The notes beneath the pieces were generated by a model. The model searched no databases. It was not told the origin of the DNA and saw only the letters and a program-made list of their open reading frames with translations. From assembly GCA_051362555.1 (NCBI GenBank), contig CM120646.1, forward strand, positions 124,001 to 188,000: a stretch of 64,000 nucleotides of DNA. The letters are read 5' to 3'. Position numbers and translations under genes: made by a program. Below, piece by piece: positions 38,601 to 51,479 of the stretch. This DNA comes from Lingula anatina (Eukaryota; Animalia; Brachiopoda). Every line of letters begins with the position of its first letter. The stretch's first letter is position 1.

Positions 38601-41600
38601 ATAGTTCTAAATTACTGGTCAGTTATTAAGAATCACAGCTTCCTCCCTTGACTGAGCATGGTGTAGTTTTGATTTCATAACACAAGAAAATGGTTCAGAT
38701 TTTACGGGATTTAGCATCTTTAAGGTTTGAATTAGGAGATGTAAGAAGCTCCTCAGAAAATGAATATGACTGGAGAATTTCCAAATGCATGTAGAGTACT
38801 TTTAAGAAGAGATCATTATGATAGGTAATGTAATCTAAGCGCAATTTTTAATGTCCCATTCACGCCACATATCTATTTGTATGATATGCAGTTAACTGTT
38901 TGTTTGATTACGCTATCCCTACATTGTGTTCCCCAACTTCTCATATAAGTCATTCATACAAATGTACAGAGCAACTTTTACACCATTCAACTGACTAAGT
39001 TTATTGAATAACAAAAGTATTGCATGTTTCTGGGAAAAGAAAAATATTGTATTAATTGGTCTTTCTCTCATGAAATGTATGCTCAAAACTGAATGGAAAG
39101 ACTACTGTGTTTTGAGAATCAGTTTAATTTAAAAGATGTTGCAATTATTTCTTGATGTTGTATTAAGAACATGTAGAAAATAAAGGGAACTCTACCAAAG
39201 AGTTATAATTACCACCAAATACGGGCAAATATTACAGTGGGCAATGAAAAAATGTAACTAGCAGACCCATGGGAATTCAAAGTTACATCTGGCATAGGCC
39301 ATCTTCAAGATAAAAAATAATTAGGCAAGTTTTCAAACTCCAACAGCATTACTGTATTTTAGTCCTAAAATAATTCTTGCAAGACGATGAAAATGGCACT
39401 GACAGACACAAGTGTTGGCTATGTATTGAGACACTATGTATCTGTCATAAGGAGAGTGGGGAAAACCTCACATCATTAAAACCATAATGGCTGTTCCTTC
39501 CTGTGCCAGAGATATCATTCAGGTTAATGCCAAACCCAAACTTCATTTAAACAAGAGAGACCTTTTCTTATGATTATTCCTATGGTGACAGGTTAAGTAA
39601 ATAAAACAGTAGAAGTATTCCAGACACGATAGGAACAACAGATTCCTCTTGACCTGACAGATAAGAAGATTGGCTGCAATCTAACCAGACATCTAAGCTA
39701 AAAAATATATCTAGACACTTTACAACAAAGCAGCAAAGTTGCCCAATGTACAAACATGAAGCAGAAGCTAATGACAGCGCACAAAAAAAGGATTTTTGTC
39801 AATTTTGATGCAATATGTGTCTGTATATAATAATGTGTCAAGCAGTTCAAACAAGATTAATAATTAATTACAAAGAAACATCATTTTGGTTAATTTGATT
39901 AAAACTCAGCAATAAAAAACCTTTGTAAAAATATGAATTGTTCAAGTCATTGTTAAACATCCATCTTACTGGAAGTATATTGCATTTTGCCCATTAATTA
40001 CCCAGTGCCACTCAAGATAAGCCACAATCAATGCTTAACATATGTTTCGAACAAGTTTTTTCCTCCTTTTAAAATATTATTTTACTGTGTGTAAACTTTG
40101 ATTACCTGATATTCAAATATACAACTTCATAATTTCCATGTACTTAATCCCCCCCTCCCCCCAACAACCCTCTCCATGACAGGCTTCACTATATATATAT
40201 ATATATATATATGTCATATTGTTCACAAAAGCAGATAAATTTATAATTTGACATGTGATGTTAAAATCAAACAAACACACAATTTATCTTTTAGAAATTG
40301 AGAAACTGGTCTGATCTGGTCTGATCTGTTCCTGGCATTCCTACTGCAAAAAACATGCTTATGAAGAGGGTCCCATTGTGGGGAGTGTCACAGGAATGGG
40401 GTTGTTCAAGGAACATGCTAAATAATATCAGTGTTTCATGTATCTTGGTAAATAAAAAGGGGCTTTCACAAGTAATAAAAATACCCTACAAGAACCTCTA
40501 TGAAGCTCTGTCTTTCACTGCCATATATGTAACTGTACGCTCCTAAAAGCTGATAGGGATGATGTCATTTTTATTGTTGACAAATCAGTTTTCCATGTTG
40601 GTGAACAAGTCACTTGTTCGTCAGATTTTGATATTTGGTATGTAGACAAAAACATGAATCATTTCACGTAAACAAGCCTATGGCCAGCAACTTCAAAGGG
40701 AGTTGTGTGGTATAAAAAAAGTGGAGCTTAAACCTAAGTGTACCAAACCCTTTCCCCTTCAAATTTCCCCCCCCCCTCCCCCCAAGCTATGGGCCTGATG
40801 GATCTTTCAGCAGCAGCCAGTCTGCTAAATTAGCAAAAACTGCACGTCTACACTGAGGCATAACTTTATCGGTATACTAAAATTCACAACCTCGTTAAGC
40901 ATACCTTTTTTTTTTCAAGGTTCTCTTTCATGTCAATTTGTGAATTATCATATATTATTAATTATTTTGATAATTAACTTCATTATTGTTGTCATTGTGG
41001 AGGATAATTTTCTATAATAAAAAGTAATATTCCTAGATTTTGTTGATGTTATTTCTAATCTTGCACTATAAGGATATAAAAAATGAGATTTTAGTAAACA
41101 GTTTTCACAAGGTAAAGGATATTAGATGGTCATTTAATAAACAGGTGCTAAAAATATTTAATTTTCCAAAAGTTTCTCACCTTCTTTTGGAGCATCTGTG
41201 GCCACAAAGACAGCCTTCAGTTTGTGTTTCTCCAGCCCAGACTTTATCTGTTCTGCTGCATACAACAGACTGGGGACTTCTTCTTTGTGGGCATACAGGT
41301 AATCTCTCCGCCTCAGGTGAATACTCAGGTATGGCCCTCCCAGCGCGTCACCATGCTTTCTCTGGAACAAACACAGAGACGATATTAAAAAAAAAACAAA
41401 AAAAAAACAATAAGATGGTAATGAAGGGAAACTGATATTCTTAAAGGGATAATAACTCTTCGTTTCGGCCAAAAAATGAATTTTCCTAGAGTAAACATCA
41501 ATTTTCCCACACTTACAAATGGTTAATGAATCCATTTTTACATTCAAAGTTAGTCCCTGGTTTTTTCTAAAAAGTTTGTTTTTTTGTCAAAATCACTTAA

Positions 41601-44600
41601 GAGATTTTAACAGAGTATAGCCATCAATGGAGGTCACGTGGTCTAAAGACAAGCTCAGATATCAGAATAATAGCTATAACTGCCATTTTTGTGGTAAAAC
41701 AGAATATATTATATTTCTATGAGTTATTCACAATGTTTTTATTGTGAAATAAAGATCTCATACAAAGAGTTATTATCCCTTTAAATGATTTTTGGTACTA
41801 AAATAATTATATATGTCTTGGTTAAATAAATTCTTAATGTATCTTATCTTATCTTAGCAAGTGACCCACCCAAAGTCTGTCCCAATTCCAGGCATTTATT
41901 CCTAGAGTTATCATATTATAACATGACATCTTTTACATATTATAACCATACAGGTACTGTGAATAATGCCCCATCTTCCATGTGCAAGTTTTAGTATCCA
42001 CATTTCTCACTAGTGGAGCCACCTTACAGTAATATAGCAATATGTGACACTTCCAAAGTCTCTCCCCATTCAGGGCATTCATTCATTCTTCATACCATCA
42101 CATGATTATATGATGTATTTCATTACTATCATAACACATTATAACTATGATTCAGTAAATCATCTTGGTCAAATATACATTGATATCCACAACACACTAT
42201 ACAAGAAGGTTGAACTCCCAAGACTGGAAGTATGTTGAGTATATATTGATAATTCTGCCATATTTTCTCTTTCACACACAGTACACATTTATATGTGCAC
42301 CCAGTTACTACACATCTTGGCTTTCTTTGTCACAAATGTCCACATGAAACATAGTGCTGAGATTACTCATGGCCCGGATGTGTGTGCATTGAAAGCTTCA
42401 TTAAATTGGGACATAAGCGTACTGTGTGTAAAAGAGACAGAACACCAAAATCATCAATCTACTCAACATACCTTGTTCTTAGGAGTTCGGCCCCTTGTTA
42501 AAACTATACAGATACCCTCATCTTGGTCCAGTCCTCCAGCAGGACTGTCCTGTCCTTCTCGTCCGTAGAGTCCAGCTCCTGTTCTCGGAACTTGTCAGCT
42601 ATATCACGCAACTGTTTGGAAAACCTCATACTGCGACGAGCCTAAAACATGAAAACATGTCACTTAAGTTTTAAAAAATCAGGATTGAAAAGCTATATAA
42701 ATACTTTGGTTGCTTTTGTTATTTAAAAAGCACCTTTCCATATGACATTTCTTAATTTCCTTAAAAGAGAATTATTCTAAAAAGTATTCATATAAACAGA
42801 TGTTGTTTTCATATTATTTGTCCAAAATGTGCAAAGAATGTTTTTTTTTTACTTAAAACTATTTCAGAAGACATCATAAGTGCTGTCAGAGATTTGTGCT
42901 TACATTCATATGAAGTTGGTTAAGCAAAGGTATACATTAAAAGATTTGTGCTACATATTTCAGTAAAAAAAGTTCCAAATATAATATACTCTAAAGCTAA
43001 AAATAGAAGCTTAGAAGTGCAGTGCCAAACAATGGTAAGAAGGCCAACAGTTGACCCCCTCCCTTTAGACATGTTAAATATCCCCACTGTAAGCCACTCA
43101 TTCAAATAGCAGTGCAAGACAAATACCTTAAAGTCAGCTTTTAGTAGTTGGCTATCAAAGTTAGCAGCATCAACAAAGTCCAAAAACCCCAGTAGTGTTG
43201 TGCAACAGGCCCCAGGGTAAATTAGCCCTGGTTCACTAAAATAGGACTACTGTGCCTTTCTCTCAAAGAGTAAGAAATGGTTGATATTCTACGATAGATA
43301 TTTGCTATATTTCAATGGACTACTTCAGATTTTCCCAGAAACAACGTAGACACATATTTATTTCATTACATTAGACCATCTATCAACTAATGCTTTCCTG
43401 TGAGGCTGCCCCCCCCCCCCCCCCACCCCCGCCACCTAGGTCAACTTACTGTCCACCACTCAATACTCCACTCACTATAAGCACCATGGATTAACTCCTC
43501 TGCCCGGTCAAGCATAACTGACCTGCACCCAAAGTGAAAGTGAAAGTGAAACCCAAAAATGAAAGTGTCTCAAATGAAAAAAAAACATATAAATATATGA
43601 GGAAGATAAGAACAAAATATGCTGGGCTTCTGCTAGTGCAATATTTTTTTTTTCAAACAAATAATTAATCTTTGCCATAATTATTATATATAATTATTAT
43701 AATTATTATTTCATCAGGTTCCTCTTCATCCAATAATAGTTGTTTTGTCTGAAATATTTAACTTTAACATAAAAATTAATTTTCACTATACTAGAAAAGA
43801 CCCAGCAATTTAAATCATGCTTGAAATAAAACAAAAGAAATAAAGATGGTTTTAAAAACTTATTAATTGGGTAATTTGGCACATTTTGCACTAAGATATT
43901 GTTTGGGTGGGTGCAGATGTTAGCATGCTGTAAGTCTGTCTAAGCAGTCAGTACAAGCTTTTACATTAGGATCAGGTTATCATGCAGCACTAGTGTATGA
44001 AACAAGAACACATACCAGGTCTATAAACCATTAGTATTTGTCAGTACTTGAAGAACCCAGATGTAGCCAACACTAGACAGTGCTGAATCAGTCTTCCCTT
44101 TACAACAATATTTTGCATAAACATTTTGAGAAGCCAAAAATTAAAGGTGCCTTGACACAAACAATTTCTTTGAAAATTGGTAAAAACCTACCTAGCACAA
44201 GATATTTCTTATGAACCCCCCCCCCCTTCCTTTTCCTGCCTTTCTCAACTGATCAAAGTTTTAGATGGATTATGGAGAAAAGAGGGCTGGGGAGGGGGGG
44301 TCAGAAGGAAAGTAACCAAAAACTAGACTCACATTCCAGAACCAAGGGCTCCACCTGTCCCACTGGCCGTGAATGATTGTTTGTGCCATAGGAAACATCA
44401 CAGACCTTCGTAAGAACCAACATCAAAACAGAAGATATAAAATAACACAATACAGTAACAGATATATACTTGTGATAAATAAATATGATGCACCCTGCCC
44501 CAAAGAACTTTTAAAAAATGGAATACAACTTTCACATCCAAATATTTCCATCATAAACATATTGTATAATAATTGCTTGTGTTAATAAAGCAATATTTCA

Positions 44601-45772
44601 AGGTAAATCCTTGACTGATAATAGTTTTGCAAAGCTGACCCCAGTTCTCCAGGCATATATCTTATCTCATATCATATCAAACAAGTGGCATGTGGCAACT
44701 GCTAATTGTGTTAGATGTGACAGACACTGATTTTGTTAGATGTGACAGATACTGATTGTGTTACGTGTGGCAGACACTGGTTGTGTTAGATGTGACAGAA
44801 GCATTGTCACCATATAAAGGCCTAAGAAAAGATGGGATTTCAAGCCAGACATCTTTTTATCTTTGTAAATCTATCCTATTCTCACACACTAGAGGAGCAC
44901 GCACAACCAAGCTGAGATGCTAGATGAGATGTTAGAAATAACTGTCCACATTCTCCAGGTAATACTGGCAACTGTGAGTACAGTGAGAAAGTTAGAAGAC
45001 AGTCTGTTAGGTGTGCTGGAGAAGACAGTGTGTTAGGTGTGCTGGAGAAGACAGTGTGTTAGGTGTGCTCAACCAGGAAACAGTGATTTGGTGTGTACAG
45101 ACACAGACTTAACTTTACAAAGATGACCAATTTGACATCATCAACTAAGAGTTAAAGTGTCTAAGGCACAACATTGGAGTTATTGTTATCTGCCCCCTCC
45201 CCCCCCCATATCTCAGTAAGATTCTGAGTGAATACCCTCAGCTATGACCACAGTGTACTGCAGTGTACGAGCAGGCAGCTGTAATACTCTGGTTTCATAC
45301 TGGCCATGCACTTTGTACTTTCACAAAACAAATAAAAACTATTAGCCAATCAATTTTTAGCAAAACAAAGTCAAAATGACAGAACTATAAAAATATCCCA
45401 ATTTCAAAAGCCCAAGAACTTTATGTTCAGCATTTGTCTACAATGCCCCCAGTGTGCCTAGACAAGGACAGGGTGGACCGACATGGCAAGACAAACTGTT
45501 GTGCTAGTAACACTTACATCCCAATACCATTTGTTAGCAAAGAAGTCATGTTGTAAGTGTTCTGCCCTAAGCAAGCAGACAGACCTAAGATAGAAGATGT
45601 CAGGTGTTAGTCCAGGTAACAAGTAACAGGTAACATGGATGATGTATGCTGTGTGTGGACCGATTATTACAGGAACATATCAGAATATGTTTGTCATTAA
45701 ACGTCAAAACTATGTACATGGCAAACAGGGTTACAGAAAATAGAAAGTAAAGCACAAGCACAACCACCATCT

Positions 45773-45811
<39 letters not shown>

Positions 45812-47946
45812 TCTTTTTTTTTCTTTTTTTTGCAAAATCTCAATATTTTTTTATAAAATGGAAGAATTTTTTTCATTCCAACAAGCCATAATAAATTTCA
45901 AGAGACGTATATCTGTGCTAGCAACAGCCCAGTTTTAGATAAAAAAATGTGAAACTTATCAACACAGACTACATTACTAGAATAATGGACAACTTCATCA
46001 ATTCCAAAGAATAAAATATAACTAAAAATTGAGACAAGATTACATATAAGCAAAGTTTCAGTTTCAGCAAAGCTTTAACTCTAACCTAATGTCCCAAACA
46101 TCCAAAACATTCATCTGACAAAAATCCAGTTCACTGACCTTGCTGTGATGTTGTGCATCAGAAACGGTTTCATGGAGCTGGCCTGAGCCTGCACTGACAA
46201 ACACTGGAGTTTTTTGGCCTTGGTCTCCTCATATCCCCAGAACCAGCCTCTCCAGGCACCTTCTTCATCCTGATGTAAATACATACATGTATAACAGTTA
46301 GTATATATCAGTGATAATCTCAGTGCAATGAAATGTGCCTTCACAGACTAACATTTCAGCTTTCACGTCCTTGTTAACCTAGAAACTGCATCTTCAACAT
46401 AAAAGATCAATAGCTTTATATTAATTACACAAGGGAAATTATTGGCCCAAGGTTCTTTTAATCATTAATTGCGGCAAATGTAAGTTTATGCTGAGTGGCT
46501 AACATAAATGAAATGATAAGTTAACCATAATCCTCAAAGGATAGTAAAAATATATTACTTTGAAATATACATTAGTGAGAAATAGAGTTACAACTGCAAA
46601 TTACTGGCTACACATTATTTACAAATTTTTTTTAAGTCAAATCTTTCATTAATTAACATTTTCTTTAACCACAATTATTTATTCTACAACCATTGCAGGA
46701 GCTTAAAATGTTAGTTATAGTATATATAAACCATGTACCAATTAAGTGTCTTTAGCCAAAATTATTTATTCTACAACCATTGCAAAAGTTTGAAATGTTT
46801 GATAGGAACCATGTCTTCAGTGCAAACCTTATGATAATAGTTCTGGTCCAGGCAGTCACGGATGTCCATTCTTTCTTCCCACTTTCCATCTTTCCATCCC
46901 TCCTTGTATCTCTGCAGGTAATACACCTCCTCAATAACAGCTCCTCCAGACACTGAAAAAATTAGACATGGTTTGTTTAACACTGATCACAACTACAAAC
47001 CCTGATAGGGTAAATGTTTTCAACCACATATATTCTTCTTTTACTACAGATAATTCTACTTTAAAATAGCTGAGTATTTTTATTTTTACTTTGCCAATTC
47101 AGCATTGAAAGTTTAAAATTTGCTTAAAAAAAAAGTTTAGTTTAGTTTTGAGGCTAAGAACATCATCCCTGCCAAATTTATCCCAGAATATGTCAAAAAC
47201 TTTCTGGTCAAATACTAAAATGCAGCACTCTACTTTTAATAAAATCCTTATACTCCATCACGGGGACGTGTCTCCCGAGGCTCTCCAGGTCAAAGAAGGT
47301 CCCCCAGGGCACCTTGATCTGATCAATGTTAGACTTCCAATGATAGAGCCTCCCCCAGGGGGGAAGTACCAGGGTCCACGGCTCATCTTCATTGAGGAAT
47401 TTAACAAGGTTTGCCACACGAATATACACATCTCGACGCAGATTAAATCCCTCTCCTGGGTTAACATCGTACAGGAGAAACCTAGAAACAATACAAACAA
47501 GACGAATATTGAAAAATCTAAAACCATCAGTTCAAATGTATCACACAAAAGATGTTTTAATGTAACAAGTCTTTCTCTTACCCAGAAACAATGTCATCGG
47601 ATGACATGTTCAACTGATATTTTAAATAATTTCTTAAATTCAAATACTTATGTATTCCCTAAACTTTTACTTAAAATGGCTTTATTATTTAAGAGTTATA
47701 GGTATCATAGCTAATATTTTGAATTAATTAACTACAAGCACAATGTTAGTGTGCCAGCGTCAAGCGGCTCACACCCCCAGATCTTCATTACCTCATTGGC
47801 TTAGCAGAACCAAAAGCAGTTGTATCTTTGCCATCTGCACTATATACAATTCCATCGGCGTCTTCGCGTTGTAACGAGGTCCTTGTCACACATAAACAGA
47901 CAAAAAGTCCTAAGACCCGTTTTAAAGCTGCCACGTCCACCGCCAT
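24691..47946 (-). CDS. POFUT2: GDP-fucose protein O-fucosyltransferase 2, multi-exon
   Basis: Exons (minus): 47946-47792, 47481-47234, 46952-46828, 46269-46139, [45584-45518 or 44405-44333 or 43522-43450], 42641-42516, 41361-41181, 25282-25153, 24883-24691. Phase-consistent, ~451-453 aa. Has a signal-peptide-like N-terminus, [24 protein letters not shown] (catalytic Glu motif), [59 protein letters not shown] and [16 protein letters not shown]. Confidence 0.95.
25814..26864 (+). CDS. Nested two-exon gene A (~234 aa): N-myristoylation motif, Ser-rich low-complexity body, C-terminal RHIM-like motif
   Basis: Exon 1 25814-26375 (|GTaagt), exon 2 26722-26864 (tttcccAG|), phase 1 consistent. TATATAAA at ~25758. 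Motifs MGLLYSK, RSLSWP and [25 protein letters not shown]. Paralogue at 35967. Confidence 0.75.
27265..28180. repeat. 69-bp minisatellite, ~13 copies; ~2 more units at 32955-33087
   Basis: Unit tgtatttattgggtgtgtgtaaaagttgccatc(t/c)agtctatggcaaaaacaaccatgatgcttatattt. Confidence 0.9.
28542..30040 (+). mobile_element. ~1.5-kb composite interspersed repeat (Helentron/HINE- or 'pearl'-like); inverted copy at ~54645-56293
   Basis: Starts AACAAGGCAGCAAAGCTGTC and ends with a GACGGC-like microsatellite plus the hairpin TATGTACAGACACATCTGTGTCTGTACATA and an A-run. The reverse complement matches 54645-56293. Class assignment is inferred from structure. Confidence 0.65.
30100..30606. repeat. ~146-bp tandem repeat, ~3.5 copies
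   Basis: aaggtcaattt(c/t)aaggtcaca recurs at ~30128, 30263, 30409, 30554. Confidence 0.75.
31509..32059. mobile_element. Second copy of the ~550-bp MITE; 5-bp TSD AAATT
   Basis: aaatt|CAGGCCTACCCAACTACC ... GTAGTTGGGTAGGCCTG|aaatt; interior closely matches 9919-10471. Confidence 0.9.
35169..35759. mobile_element. Tc1/mariner-superfamily relic with TA TSD and transposase fragments on both strands
   Basis: ta|CAGGGTGTCC ... GGACACCCTG|ta. Plus strand ~35639-35698 encodes [20 protein letters not shown]. Minus strand ~35500-35385 encodes LNPPDFY and, after a frameshift, [24 protein letters not shown], typical of the region after the SPDLNP motif. Confidence 0.75.
35967..36912 (+). CDS. Nested two-exon gene B (~191 aa), paralogue of gene A
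   Basis: Exon 1 35967-36399 (|GTaagc), exon 2 36770-36912 (tttttccAG|), phase 1. Exon 2 CDS is 143 nt as in gene A and the intron ends are homologous. TATATAAG at ~35928. Motifs MGLGFSK, RYLSCP and [28 protein letters not shown]. Confidence 0.75.
36962..37129. mobile_element. MITE CAGGGGCGGA...TCCGCCCCTG, 5-bp TSD AAGTA; decayed copy at ~51643-51811
   Basis: Termini and TSD read directly. Confidence 0.75.
37157..37331. mobile_element. MITE CTGGGGTAGC...GCTACCCCAG, 5-bp TSD AGTAG
   Basis: Termini and TSD read directly. Confidence 0.7.
43450..43522 (-). CDS. POFUT2: POFUT2 exon 5 variant C ([24 protein letters not shown])
   Basis: ttttcactttcactttgggtgcAG|g...tggaca|GTaagt; 73 nt, phase 2 to 0. 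Confidence 0.85.
44333..44405 (-). CDS. POFUT2: POFUT2 exon 5 variant B ([24 protein letters not shown])
   Basis: ggttcttacgaAG|g...tggaat|GTgagt; 73 nt, phase 2 to 0. Confidence 0.7.
45518..45584 (-). CDS. POFUT2: POFUT2 exon 5 variant A ([22 protein letters not shown])
   Basis: catcttctatcttAG|g...tgggat|GTaagt; 67 nt, phase 2 to 0. Confidence 0.8.
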
Positions 47947-48300
47947 GTTGATAATCATCACAGGGTCCTGTTCACCGAGTTCAGGGAATATTGATTAGAT
48001 CATCTGTCACAGAGAAATAATTACCTTTTGTTGTTGAATTATTAATAACCCTCATATAACTTTACATTAAACTAATATGTGCATACCATTCCTATACCGC
48101 ACGATATCTTGTCGTAAAAAAATATACCTGTGTTATTTACTATCACAACGTAATTCTTTTGTGCTGGGAGATCAGAAAGTCTGCGTGTGGTAATTAACAT
48201 GGCAAGAGCTGTGAGGACGTAGTCAATGGAATCTAGGAGCGTTCTCTGCTGTTTCATACGTACTCGTGTGATTCACATGTGTATGGTAAGTAAGAAAGCT
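47947..48300. promoter_or_regulatory. POFUT2 promoter region, possibly shared with a divergent plus-strand gene
   Basis: CpG-richer region with a YY1-like CGCCATGTTG over the POFUT2 start. Strong plus-strand donor tgtatg|GTAAGT at 48286. Confidence 0.4.
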
Positions 48301-51300
48301 CCCTTAATATGATTTTACTGAGGCGGGTATTGTACTCCGTCCCCAGACAAAGGAAATCTACTTCGATTTGAAAGGAAGGAAGTTCTTTCGTTCTGCAACT
48401 AAATAGTGACTTCTTCGATCTTACTTTTAGTTTCAGAAAAAAACGATCAGCTGAGCGACAGATGATGACTAAATATTGATTCCAGAAACACTGCGCACAA
48501 AGAAGCATGGATAGGTGAGCTAATAGCTTTATGTGGAGTCTCGGGGGATGCTGATCATAGTGCTCTATATATTTGGTGGGGAAAGTACAGGGAGGGTTGG
48601 CAAAGACTTGGGCTGTTTGGGTGGAGGTGTGTGTGGAGGGGGGGGATAATTGCTGTGAAAATGAAAAACATAGTAAATGATAACCAAACGTTGAACATCG
48701 TTTCTGAGCAGACAAATGAAAATATTAATGCCTACGTGAAATGGTTGAAAAAAGATATCTAGTTAAGAGTCCCATTTTTTATGCAGTTCAGGTTTCTGAT
48801 TCATTAGGTCTGTGATACATATAAGCATAGAACTGTACACAAAGGCTGTCAACCACTGTAAATACACTATATCTTTGTAAGCATTGCTGCATGTATTCCT
48901 ATGTTTGTGTACATTGTATTTGGGAGCTGTTGGAATGGGATAAGGAACAAGATACTGGTAGATTTTTAGCTTAAGTTAAATGTTTTGTTATTAGTTTTGA
49001 CTTATGTTTATTGTTTTCCTGGCTGTATATACTAGTATAGATACTAACAAAAGTATCATGTCCCATATTGTTTACATTGGCCATAGATACACATTGAATC
49101 ATCTTGAACTCATTGTTAGAACACTGATATCATAGCACAATACTCTACACTAAGTACATGAAGTTTGGTTTATATTCAGGAATACGGTACTCATAACTCT
49201 GATATTCACTGTAGCAGTATATTTAACTGTCAACTGGCTTCCGCTTTGGTTCAATAGGTCTCCTAATAAACCTTGACTGTGATTAGATCATTTCCAGCAG
49301 CCCAATTTAAAAGCCTGGAAATTAATAAAAGTGCTCCAGTGCCCAATTACTCCTGTTTAGACAAGACCAGTATGGATTGGAGAGGGGTCTAAACTGTGGT
49401 CTTCAGACTACCATTGTCTTAGGACAGATGCCTGTGGTTTAGTGAGGCCTCTTTGTGCTTGGGATGGGGTTGAATAAAAACATCCTTTTATGTCCCAGAC
49501 CTTTTAATAATTGGTATGTTAACTTAATATTGCTCTCCGATAACATGTTTATATATTATAAGCAGTATATTTGTATTGATCTGAGTCCTAAGATATATCT
49601 ATAACTAACTCCTTACAGATCCTGTAATCAGATAGTTTTTTACTCTGATCAGGACCAGCCTCTTAGTGTGGTGTGGTCTACTCCTGGTAACTTCAGAGAC
49701 AGCCTAGTGTTTTATGCAGGATAAGATTACTGTGCTGTGGCCCACATGCCCAGGCCATCTGAAATGACTTCCACACCTGTTTCTCATCTATTATAAACTG
49801 CAAGTGCAATGGTTATGATATGTATAAGAAATGGCGAAGGGAAATGTTTGCATTGTTTTAAATCAGATTTCAGGCAAAGTGTCACAATGTGAAAAGACAA
49901 GTGTAATGTAAATTAATTTGAAGTTATCTGAATGACATGGGGTATCTTGTCCTCAACATAAGAACGGCCCATTATGCTTCAGGTAGTAGGATTGTGCAAT
50001 TAATCTGAATGTCGCACAACTGAAGTAAGTCACATTTTCAGTCCAAAGTAGTCTCAGTGTGAGCAGATAAAAAGCTGGAGTTGGTTTGGTCAAACTTTAT
50101 ACCCAGGCTCATGTTGTGATATATCTGGTGATGGATACTGTAAAGACATAGATCACATAACATCAGTCTAAAGCCACTTCACATATTGAAATAGGTGTTT
50201 ATGGACTGTTTTCATCATGGACTAGGTGTGTGTGTATATTTAGACTGTTGTAATCAGGGTAACATTTTAGTTCTCAGCCTGTGATGTGCTAACCTGGCTA
50301 TTATAATGGGAAGGGGGGCTTAGTGTTTGTTATTAAAACAGAAATTATTATATAATAAAAATTAAACAGTCCAACACAGTTGCATCTGCCTGTCTACCCA
50401 GGTGACCTGCTGCTTGGCTGGCGCCTTTGGTAATATAGAGACAGTGCACTGTACTCCCTGGCTGTGGACTAAAGACCTCCTTGTTGAACATGTCTGGACC
50501 TAGTGAGACTAGAAAGCTACCCCCTGCTGTTGTTTTTTCCTAAGAATATCTCTCCAACTTCTGACCTTTGTGAATTATTCCAGCTATGAAGAAGACCCCT
50601 CCCTCTTGGTGAGTCTACTACACAAATCACACAGTTGCCAGCATTTGGGAGTTGAAATATGAGACAGGGCTGAAAATGTGTAAAAACAACACCGAGCTGG
50701 GGAGGGGGAGGGGCTAGAAGTGTTCATCTAGGGATTGCGGTTTTGTAGGAATATGTTATATTTTCTGAAATTTTTGATGGTGGCAGTGTACTCAGAAACC
50801 AGTGTGAAATAGAGGTGCTTTGGCTCTAGAAAAAGCAAGCTAACTTGATAACCAAGTGAATAAAACATCTAAGGAAAAATCGGGGACTTGGTTAATATTA
50901 GCTGCAAGGTTCATTTAGAGTATTTTTAGTATACACTAGTATAGATTTGGCCATTTTGATTGAACATTCTTGGTAATATGTTCTTGATAGGGTCCAATAT
51001 ATAGTCCTAGTCATCAACCCAGAAAAGATACTGTAAATACTGAGAAAGTGACCACGTTTACAATCATAATTGCCTGGTCAGCAGAAGTCCATGGAATCAG
51101 CAGACCTTATGTGGTCACAGTTTGTGGCTGATGGGGATTGCTCTCTATGGGACCATTCCCAGACCCTATGGTACTAACTGTGGATCGATCTATCTCCAAG
51201 GGGATTCTCGCTAAATTGCAATCAACTTAAGCAGCTTAAGTAGATGTCTGTCATGCCTACTGTAGATGCTAGGGTGTAATTAATTATTGTGTAAATAGCA

Positions 51301-51479
51301 GCTTCAGTAGACATCTAAGCTGCTTAAGCTGAAAGCAATTTAGCGAAAATCCCTCGGAGATAGAAAGATAGAAAAAGGTTGGTACCTGACCATTTTATAA
51401 ACAGACCTAACACCTATAAGTTTCACAATCTTTTTGCTTCCAAGAATATCAATATATTGAAAAACCTGTGTATATTCAT

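Noticed and set aside
44016-44075. Possible fourth POFUT2 exon-5 copy
   Set aside because: In-frame stop in the required phase and no SV...H...W pattern.
47148-47714. 188-aa plus-strand ORF; likewise 41040-41435 and 42293-42568
   Set aside because: Antisense shadows of POFUT2 exons.
48254-48715. 153-aa minus-strand ORF upstream of POFUT2
   Set aside because: No recognisable domain or splice support; it lies in promoter or intron-like sequence.
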